Positions 20,056-29,500 of a stretch of 64,000 bases of DNA are shown piece by piece. Positions within the stretch are counted from its first letter, which is position 1; each line of letters begins with the position of its first letter. The notes below the pieces were generated by a model. That model worked only from the letters and a program-made list of their open reading frames with translations. It was not told where the DNA came from and made no database searches. The stretch is from Candidatus Dojkabacteria bacterium (GTDB taxonomy: Bacteria > Patescibacteriota > Dojkabacteria > B142 > OLB20): assembly GCA_030583785.1 (NCBI GenBank), contig CP129475.1:850209-914208 (forward strand). Reading direction: 5' to 3'. The translations under genes were made by a program, and so were the position numbers.

Positions 20056-21258
20056 ATGTCGATCAGCACTAAATCAATCATACTTGTGTTTGTGTCGTTG
20101 TTGCTTCTGGTTCTTTTCAATCTTTCTTTCTCAAGAGCGTATATCCTATCTGGATTTGAAGAAGCAGAGAACAGGCATATTAGCAGCTCAATGAATCTTG
20201 TTCTAAACACTCTCAGAACCAAAGTCACGAATAGCTTAATTACCTCCAGAGATTATGCTGCTTGGGATGACACCTACAACTATCTTTTAGGGAATTATCC
20301 TACTTTTTTTGAATCGAATTTTACAGCAAATACATTAGATAATCTTGGCTTAAGTTTTTTAGCAATACTTGATGATGAAGATAATGTTGTTGATTCAGTC
20401 TTCTTAGATGACGAGGCTAACTTATTACAACCAGCACCTGATCGGTGGCTCGAATTTATACTTAGCAACCCCAAGTTGTTGGCTTTACCCGATGATGTAT
20501 CTCAACATGGAGACCTTCAGGAATCTGAGTTCGGACCTGTAATAATTACTGTTACAGCAGTCAATAATTCCGAGCTTACTGCAGAGTCACCTGGCAAGTT
20601 GGTCATGGTAGAATTACTTGATCAATCAAAACTTGACCAATTAGGTGAACAGTTGTTATTTCCAGTAAAGATAACACAGTCTCAAGTTGATCAGAATGCC
20701 TTGGCAGATGATGCCATAATTGCTATTCATAAGCTATCTGAAGACCAAGAGATTATTGTTGATCACACTAACTCTGTACACTATGCATACTCTTTCTATT
20801 ACTCACAATATTCAAACTCAAAACTTTTAATTCAGATTGAATGTACGCATGGAATTTTTGCACAGGGGGAAGATGTGTTGAATTATTATCTTCTACTAAT
20901 CATTGTTGGTGGAATAGTTACCTTGATAATTCTATATACGGGCATGACTACATTCTTGCTAAGGCCTTTAGGCAAGTTGAACAGTCAGTTGGATAATATA
21001 ATTCTCTCTAGCAATTTTACTTTAAGAACTGAGATAAATAAGGCTGGTGAGATATCAAGTCTTTCAGATAGGATTAACAGACTCTTGGATTCGGTTAATA
21101 GATCTGAGGCTACAATGATCAAACAGCAAGAGTTAGTCGAACAGAGGAACAAAGAACTTGCTGCACTTAATCAAGAGATGCTGGAGACAAATAAAATGAT
21201 GATAGGACGAGAACTGCAAATGGCAGAGCTTAAGAAGCAAATTGCCAAAGAGGAGTGA
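20056..21258 (+). CDS. sensor-like protein: TM - extracytoplasmic domain - TM - HAMP - signalling-helix-like C-terminus (no output domain)
   Basis: HAMP signature LLRPLGKLNSQL...AGEISSLSDRINRLLDSV; C-terminus ...NKMMIGRELQMAELKKQIAKEE. Confidence 0.55.
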   Translation: MSISTKSIILVFVSLLLLVLFNLSFSRAYILSGFEEAENRHISSSMNLVLNTLRTKVTNSLITSRDYAAWDDTYNYLLGNYPTFFESNFTANTLDNLGLSFLAILDDEDNVVDSVFLDDEANLLQPAPDRWLEFILSNPKLLALPDDVSQHGDLQESEFGPVIITVTAVNNSELTAESPGKLVMVELLDQSKLDQLGEQLLFPVKITQSQVDQNALADDAIIAIHKLSEDQEIIVDHTNSVHYAYSFYYSQYSNSKLLIQIECTHGIFAQGEDVLNYYLLLIIVGGIVTLIILYTGMTTFLLRPLGKLNSQLDNIILSSNFTLRTEINKAGEISSLSDRINRLLDSVNRSEATMIKQQELVEQRNKELAALNQEMLETNKMMIGRELQMAELKKQIAKEE

Positions 21259-21322
21259 TTCTAATCATCGACTTGAGTCCAAACAATATTTCGGGTAAGG
21301 TAAGGTATAGAGTCGATAGCTT

Positions 21323-22480
21323 ATGCCCAAAAGACAAGCCTTTACCATTCTTGAAGTACTTATAACAATAACACTTCTTGGTTTTCTTGCGACGATAACC
21401 ATAATTGCCATCAATCCTCAAAAATCAATTACCGAGGCTCGAGATGCAAAAATTCGAGAAATCGTAGAAGAATCGAGAGCTGCTGTTATCAATTATTCGA
21501 TCAATAACAACGGTGATCTTCCTCTAGTAGGTGGAAATCCGCTCCCGCTTGTGACAGCTGAAACTATTGTCAGTAATGGTGTTCTACTCCCAAGTGTAGA
21601 TGGTTTAATACCTGACTACTTGATTATTCTGGAAACCGAGATGCAAGATATTAGTGTTTATGTAGGATTATTTGCAGGAGATGTTCCAGTAACGGCGGCA
21701 TTTCTTAGCGGAGGGGACTTGTACATTAGTGCTCAAAATAATTTTGTCATTCAAGTTTCAACTACTCCAACACCAACGGCAACGGTAGTCCCAAGTTCAT
21801 GCAGTATTTCGTACACAGTTACAAATCAGTGGCAGGGCGGATTTAACGCCGAAGTCGTAATTACTAATGATTCAGGCGACGATCTTGTTGGTTGGGATGT
21901 TGATCTTGCTTTCTCAGGTGACCAGGCTGTTACTAATGCATGGAATGTGTTCTGGGAACAAAACGGTTCAAACTTCAGTGCCGAAAATCAAGGCTATAAT
22001 GCGACAATTACCGGAAATGGCGGTACTCAATCCTTTGGGTTTGGGGCAACTTTTTCTGGTAACAACTATGGTCCTTTGAACGACGAAATAACGCTGAATG
22101 GTACTCCATGCAATACAACAATCACCACCTTTGATACGCCGCCACCTGTAATTTTAGAGTCTTGTTCTGTCAGCTATCAGATTGGAGGTCAATGGGGTAA
22201 TAACTATACGGCAAGTGTTACTGTCACAAATAATGGCACAGAAAATATTAACGGGTGGGTACTTGATTGGGATTTTCCGGAAGATCAGTTAATAACAAGC
22301 ATATGGAACGCAGGTTATTCTCAGAATGGGCAAAGCGTTACGGCTAATGATTTGACATACAACGCGCAAATACCGCCAAATGGCGGTACTCAGTCGTTCG
22401 GATTTCAGGCAACTTTTGGGAGCCAGAATTCTTCTATACCAAGCACCGCCTTTACATTAAATGGCAATCAGTGCGAATAG
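21323..22480 (+). CDS. type IV pilin-like protein (prepilin N-terminal domain) fused to two CBM2 carbohydrate-binding modules
   Basis: N-terminus KRQAFTILEVLITITLLGFLATITIIAINP. The two modules (nt 21800-22111 and 22163-22474) have CBM2a hallmarks (C..Y.V.NQW..GF.A.V...N....W.....F..Q.VT..WN...GGTQSFGF...LNGTPC). Confidence 0.8.
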   Translation: MPKRQAFTILEVLITITLLGFLATITIIAINPQKSITEARDAKIREIVEESRAAVINYSINNNGDLPLVGGNPLPLVTAETIVSNGVLLPSVDGLIPDYLIILETEMQDISVYVGLFAGDVPVTAAFLSGGDLYISAQNNFVIQVSTTPTPTATVVPSSCSISYTVTNQWQGGFNAEVVITNDSGDDLVGWDVDLAFSGDQAVTNAWNVFWEQNGSNFSAENQGYNATITGNGGTQSFGFGATFSGNNYGPLNDEITLNGTPCNTTITTFDTPPPVILESCSVSYQIGGQWGNNYTASVTVTNNGTENINGWVLDWDFPEDQLITSIWNAGYSQNGQSVTANDLTYNAQIPPNGGTQSFGFQATFGSQNSSIPSTAFTLNGNQCE

Positions 22481-22482
22481 CA

Positions 22483-22500
22483 GATTACATCATTGTAATC
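22483..22500. terminator. short hairpin between convergent genes (possible bidirectional terminator)
   Basis: The sequence gattaca-tcat-tgtaatc forms a perfect 7-bp inverted repeat overlapping both stop codons. Confidence 0.2.
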
Positions 22501-22781
22501 AGCATCTTGCTGTAATGGTTGTCCTGTCGGTTAATTACTGATAGTTTCAGTTTTTTACCTTTGAGACTTGTTCCATGTAGCGTATCGATTGCTTTTTTTG
22601 TTGCGGCTTCTGTTGCCATAGTTACGATTGCTTCACCAAGTGACAGACCGTCATTTGTTCTTACAAGTTTCACCTCTTTAACATTTCCTGCTTGTTCAAA
22701 TAGATTCTGAATTTCAGACTCTGAAGAACCCCAAGAAAGATTGGCAACGGAAATCATACGATTTTCCATTTGTATTCTCAC
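22485..22781 (-). CDS. RRM-type RNA-binding protein
   Basis: About 90 aa with an RNP-2-like ISVANL and a glycine-poor RNP-1-like region. The size and architecture fit bacterial RRM proteins. Confidence 0.55.
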   Translation of the reverse strand: MRIQMENRMISVANLSWGSSESEIQNLFEQAGNVKEVKLVRTNDGLSLGEAIVTMATEAATKKAIDTLHGTSLKGKKLKLSVINRQDNHYSKMLITMM

Positions 22782-22931
22782 TAAAATAAATTTTCGAAAC
22801 GGGAATAATACTTAAACTGTGGCCGGAAAAACGGACAAAGAGGGTAATTCACATCTCAACCTAAATATATTAGCACATTTAATTACAATTACCTAATATC
22901 ATTTACTGAAAGTTTAGAAGTATAATCTTTT

Positions 22932-23513
22932 ATGCCAAGAATCTTTATTATTATATTTAATGGTTTACTCAGTTTGGTAATCGCTGCTATTGCCTTGTCA
23001 GTGATCGTAGTTCCATTTCTTCCAGAGCTAATCTATGAAGAGACTGGCGATGTAGAAATCGAGAATATTGTTCAAGAAACAAGAAAAACGCACAAAGAAG
23101 AGATCCGTGAGAATTTTCTGCTAATCCCTAAGATTCGTGTGGCTTCAATCATAAACGAAGGGGATTCATATCTTGCCCTTGATCAGGGTGCATGGAGAAG
23201 ACCACTTGCAAGTAATCCTAAAGAAGGGGGAAATACAGTTATAGTCGCGCATCGTTTCTTGAGTGGAATGCAAGAGAGGTCGTTTTATCATTTACCCAAG
23301 CTTGTGGTTGGTGACGAGATATATATCTACTGGGATAATGAAGAATATGTCTATGAGGTCTTTGAAACTAGAACAGTCGAACCTTACGATAAGGAAATTG
23401 AAGATAACTCAGATGAGCCGATCCTTACTTTATATACCTGTACGCCATTATGGACATCAGACAAAAGATTCGTAGTCTTGGCAAAACCAAAGCTGATAGA
23501 AGAGACTATTTAA
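22932..23513 (+). CDS. sortase (probably LAXTG-recognising, class-E-like)
   Basis: N-terminal TM with the catalytic triad context TVIVAHRF (His), TLYTCTP (TLxTC Cys) and DKRFVV (Arg). It is adjacent to an LAXTG substrate. Confidence 0.85.
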   Translation: MPRIFIIIFNGLLSLVIAAIALSVIVVPFLPELIYEETGDVEIENIVQETRKTHKEEIRENFLLIPKIRVASIINEGDSYLALDQGAWRRPLASNPKEGGNTVIVAHRFLSGMQERSFYHLPKLVVGDEIYIYWDNEEYVYEVFETRTVEPYDKEIEDNSDEPILTLYTCTPLWTSDKRFVVLAKPKLIEETI

Positions 23514-23593
23514 CAACAGTTCTATTGCTTGTGCTCTTGCTTCTAAGTCTAATGCTATATCTTTATGTAACGCAAAGTTACCAGGTGAATTTT

Positions 23594-26500
23594 TTAGAAT
23601 CCCTTAATACTCCTGAAACTGATTCTCTCGGAGATTGAACTAAGGTCTCTTCTTCTGCCAATTGTTAAGAGATTGTAATTCTTTATGTTTACTGCTGCCA
23701 GAGTGATTAATATCATAAATGCGGCAACTGAAGGTACTAAGAATGAGGACCCAGTTACTGCAAGTGTTGGTCTGATCCAAGTTGTCGGATCGTCAACTTC
23801 ACCTGTGGCTGGGTCATTGGAATACCTTGGTTCTTGACCTGCAAGGATGTCGTCATCAATGTCACCGTTTAGGTTGTCATCCCAGTAGACATAAGCATGG
23901 TTTTCGAGTGTTTCTATGGTTGGAGGTACAGTTGTTCTAAATGTAAGTACGACTTCGTTATCGCTGTCGTCCTCATCTGTCCCGCCAAGGTCCGGTGCAA
24001 TATTGCCCTCCCAGACAACTTGGTTATTCAATGAGTCGAAAGTACATAGAGTCGTTGTTGATAAGCCACGAGCTTCGCATTGAAAACTATCTGTCACATA
24101 GGTGGTGTTTACTGGAATCGGATCAATAATCCTTACATCCAGAGCCACAGTATTACCATCGTTAATCCAGACCATCTTCCATTCAATTTCTGGCAATCCA
24201 GCATCGTTAAATGTTTTTAGCGCCGATGGAGGATCAAAGACATTTGTATATAAGACGGGAACAGATGTGTCGTCTGAGTTGTCTTCTGGTCTGATATCTG
24301 GCCCGTTATTACCATCGTCAGTTATTGAGGCTTCATTATATATTTCCGAGTAGACAGGAGGGTAATCAGCTGTTGTTACAGCAAATTCTATTGATCCAGA
24401 TGTATTTCTGGGGACAGTCCCAACACTTATAGTACAAATACTACCGGGATTGTTGTCTGGAAGACAACTCCATCCAACCGAACTTAAAGTTGGGTTAAAA
24501 ACAGAATTATCCGGAACTGTATCGGAAATTTCTACTCCTGTTGCGTCTGTAGTGCCAAGGTTTTCGTAATTAAGGGTGAAAACGAGGTCAGTATTGAAAG
24601 AAACAGAAGAAGCCGTAGTCGTCTTTTCTATGGCAAGATCTACAACATTGCCCATAAGATTTTCGTCTGTGTCTGTATTGTTTGTAGGTGTTGGATCGAT
24701 GCCTTTACTGCCGTCATCCGTTACAGAAGCTGTATTGGTTATTGATGTGGTTAAAGGTGCAACCGGATTATCAATTATGACTGCGAATTGAATTGTTTCA
24801 TTCCCTCCGTTTTCTGCCAGAGGAGTACCGAGGTGGGAGCTTAGATCAAAGATGCAAGTGCTTCCGGCCGAATTGTCGGGGGTGCAAACCCATCCAGTTG
24901 TACTTAGCGAATCTTCAAAAGTTGTATTCGCTGGAACTTCTTCTGAGACAATAATTCCTGTAGCTTCAACCAGTCCTGAGTTGGTAATTGTCAGATTGTA
25001 AACTAAAGTATCACCCGGATCACTTTCTAATGCCCCGTCTGTTTTATCGATTTCTAAGTCGACTACGGCAACTGTAATGCTATCAGATGCAATAACTGGA
25101 CCGACAGTTCGTTCGTTGCTATTTGTGTTCGGAAGAGTGCTAAATTCGACGATTCTAGTTTGATTCGTAACTTGGGGATATACTGACTGATCAATTGTTC
25201 CAACAAGTTGAACACTAAAGCTTACCGTACAAGATTCTCCGGCCGGCAATTCAATTATTTGACCCGTTAATACAGGACTACTTGAATCATCAACTGACAT
25301 TGAAATCGTCACGCCTGCGCTGCATAAAGCCGAGATGTCGTTTTGATATAAAAATACTCCTGTGTGGATTGAGTTAAGATTGTCTAGCCAATCAACATCG
25401 AAGGCAGAAGAGCTGCCGTTGTTTTCTATGGTAATCTGTACATCAGCAAACTCGAATGGTGAAGCTTGATCTGGGTCTACTCCGGTATCAAATTCTTTAT
25501 CAATTGTTAAGTTCGGTTCTACAATATCGAAATCTATAGTATTCGAATTTACAATTTGACCGCTTGGCAGATTAGCCTGTAAACTTGATGTGTTTGAAAA
25601 TTGGGTTGTTCCAAGGGGCAATCCGTCGTTAAGAGGAATATCTAAAACGACTACATCAATTCTGATGCCAAAGAAGTCGTTTAGGCCATTTGCATCGACA
25701 TTGTTAACAACTCCAGAAAAATCGAATTGGAGGTTTGCACCAGCACTTCCATTTACGCAGCCACTGCAACTAGGTGCTGGAACTGTTCCATTGAAATCAA
25801 GAGCCATTTCACCAAAGCTATCGGCAGCGACGGTTACTAGGCTGTGAGATATGTAGGCCGTGTTGGCAGCTAAATTATCGATTAACCGAAGTGTAGATGT
25901 TGTTCCTTCGCCAATTCCAATGCGTAAGAAGTAACTAATCGTTTCTCCGATTGTAACTTGAATAGGATCTGTTGCATCAGAGGTGTGATTCGCAGATGTT
26001 TGACCAACCACTTTACTGATAGTTGGATTTGATGTGGAAACCATATTATCTGAATCTGTAACCGAATAATCGTTAAGTCCAGTGGCTCCGGTTTCTGATA
26101 GGTCGTAGTTTCCACTGCCATTTGTTCTGGCGTTTGTATTTGGTAGCGGAACTGAGCTCCATGTTGCCTGTGCAGTATTTGTTATGGTTTCGCTCGCTCC
26201 TGCGTTAACCGTTGCAGTTACGGTAATTGTTAGATATGTTCCATCATCTGGAAGGGTAAACGACCCAGTTGCTGGTACCAAAACTGTATTACCTGCAAAT
26301 GTTGAACTTGGGGTTGGAATAGAACCAGTAACTGCTACAGATACATTCGTTATTGTTAGATTTGTCTGAGCAGGATCTTGGATAACAACCTCGTATGCAT
26401 CTGCATTACTAGAAGCGTTATGCGTAACAACAATTTCGTATTCAACACTACTACCTGCTTGGACTAGAGGTGGTATAGAACTTGCCGTTTTAGATATATC

Positions 26501-29500
26501 CAAAATTGGCTCAATTACTGTAATTACTACTGGAACAGAGTCAGTTACACTGAGAACTCCTGCTGCATTTGGATTATCAAAGACTAATCCTGCAGTATTT
26601 GCTAATGTTGAGTTTCGTTGTAAACCAAGTTCGTTTAGCACTGTTAGGCTTAAGCGAATAATAAAACTGTTATTATTGCTATTGTTATCTGCTGTAGTAG
26701 TTATTGAGCTGAATGCGAGTGATACATCATCGCCACTACTTGCCCCACCTGTAACAACAGGTGTTGGGATCGATCCGGCAAAGTCTGCGCTAAGATTACC
26801 TCCAGCGGTAGTAATAATTTGATATGATGAGTACCTCATACCGTTTGGAATATAGTCAGTAACAACAACATTGTTGGCTGTGCCTTCGGGCATTGTTATT
26901 AGGATCTCGTAATTAACAGTTGAGCCGATAGCGTATGTGGTGACAGACGGTTCAAGCTTGTCGATGGTGATTGATCCAATCGTGGTATTGGCAGAACTAG
27001 AGGCAACATAATCATTAAGAAGGCCGACTCCGTCATTTCCATTTCGTTCTCCTGTAGAACTGCCACTTGCACCAGGTGTGCTTGACCCTGTTGGATTAGT
27101 TGTTGTTCCATTTGTGCTGGGAAGACTGCTCCAGCGAGCACTGGCAATGTTGTTAATTATTTCTTGTGGTTGTATGACAGAATCAACGATTGTATTTATT
27201 GTGATTGTCGCTTGTTGACCCTTGTTTAGAAAATCGAGAAGAATATCGACTGATTGCCCGCTACTGTTATCTGTGTAGCCATTTGGAGTAGATACAACTA
27301 CCGATCCGACAACAGCTTCTGCTGGAACCAAGTCCAGAACATTAATATCAAATGCGGTTGCCCCATTAACACTGGTATCTTGGTTTCTCACGGTCAATGT
27401 GTATTGAAGAGCGTCTCCTGCGTCTGTTGGAGCAATCGTAACAGCTTTAGAAACTGTGACAACAGGTTCAACCACACGAACTCTATTTGGATTTCCAGTA
27501 GTAGAAGTTGCTACTATTGAACCATTCTGCATTAATCTGAAGGTATTGTCTCTAGTTGTGGCAGCTTGATTTGTAGAAATATTTAGTACAAGTGCGTTAA
27601 ATTCAACAATGATGTACTCAAAATCTGTATCTCGGTCATCGTTTGTAACATTGCCGAATTTGAAATAAACCGATGTTCCACTACCGTATGTGTCGTTGTT
27701 GCTTGCTTCGGCACTAGATACTGCTGTATCTGGCAAAGGACATTCAGGAACAATGGAGTCTACATTTACTTCGTTACCCACAAAACTAAGATCGGGATTA
27801 CTACCACCATCACAGCCAATTGAGGCGGGAATTAAAGTGCTTGACGATATGCCTGCATCGTTGGCAACAAATGCAATCATAGCTGTTCCGTCGTTGATAA
27901 ATTGAAGTCCGGTTGGCAACATGTCTCTAAACATCAGATTCGGCGCCGTTGCTTCGGCAATACGGATGTAAGTCCTATATCTGATAATCTCTCCTACGGC
28001 AACTCTTTCAATTGAGCTAAGAACACCTGTTGAAGATTCTGATGTTGAAGTGATTAATTTCGTTGGATTTGCTGAAAGAATTGTTACTGTTCCGGATCCG
28101 GAAACAACATAGTCGTTCTCTGAACCTCCTGGATCTGAGGTGCTTCCGGTTCTTTCTGTCGAAGGAGAAGCATAGGTTGATTGATCGGTTAAAATTGATC
28201 CGGGCAAACTAGTCCACCTAGCGCTTGCTGTATTGATTATACTACTTCCAAGAGTAACGCTTCCGTCAATAGTTACATCAAAAGTTATTGTGCTACTCGA
28301 TCCATCGTCTGGAAAGGTTGCCCAGGATGCTGTAATTGTGCCAGACGATTCACTCGGTCCCACACTCGGAGCAAGTCCTGCTGTATGGTTAAGATTCCCA
28401 GCAAAGGTCATTCCTGATGGGATTACATCTGTAAGTTCTACTTCATAAGCATTGGCATCACTTGCGGGATTGTGATCGATTACCAGAGTAAAAGTGACTG
28501 TGTCTCCGGCATCGGCATTAGCTGCACTTGGAGTTTTTGTTACCCGAAGCGTTGGTTCTGCAATAACTACATTATCTGCACTATCGCTAACACTACCGTT
28601 TGCATAGGTGAAGACAGCGCTGTTATTCCTTTGTCTGTCTCTGTAGATTTCGTTATTATTTAGAACTACTGCTGAATAATTAAGTGTAATCGTTTCATCA
28701 ACAAGGTTGTTTGTATTGATATTTGTAAGCGTATTAAACGGAAACTCAATTGCTCGTCCTGAATTTGTTACTACTATTCCAGAAGCTACGCCTGCAAAAC
28801 CACCTGGGTAATCTGTGGTGAGATCGGGTGTTGACGAAGTTATTGAATTGATTCCAACAAGTGCAAGTCCCGAATCTAATGTATCTGTGAGTAGGGTGTT
28901 AATCATAACACCTTCTGGGATAGTAAGAACGACCTCGTATTCGATAATTTCTCCGACAACAACATATGGATCAATAGATCCTGCATGGTTGCTTCCGACA
29001 TAATTTTTTTCGATCTCCGGAATTTTAGTTTCGGTTACTTCTGCTGGATCTGATAAGCTTACAGCAAGGAAGTTGGGACCCATGTCTGAGCTGGAATACG
29101 ATGTTAATGAAGCGATATTTTCGATAAGTACCTCTGCATCAATAGATCCGATTATTTCTAAGTCATATGTAATTATGGCAATATTGCTGCCTGAAGTAGC
29201 ATGGTATGCAGATAAGGATCCAACAAGTGAATCGTCGAGCGTGATGCCTGAACCAAACAGGGGATATGTATCGAGCACATTTACTGGAGTCCATGCGAGT
29301 GGATTGCCAGCCCCATCAGTGATTGTCATGTTTAACCCTCCGCTGGGGACAATGAATTCACTTGGCAAAGTATCGGCAAAGGCAACATTGTAGGCTCCAT
29401 TTATGCCTTGACCGATATTTTCTATTACTACAGCAAAACTTACCAAGTCTGCGGCATCAACTCCAACTAGATTACTATCGATTGGTGTTGTCGTTAAATT

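Noticed and set aside
22782-22931. 150-bp intergenic region screened for tRNA/ncRNA (likewise 31979..32096 and 47843..47961)
   Set aside because: No cloverleaf-compatible stems or conserved T-loop (GTTC) context; only AT-rich promoter-like sequence and a weak palindrome caggt-taac-acctg.
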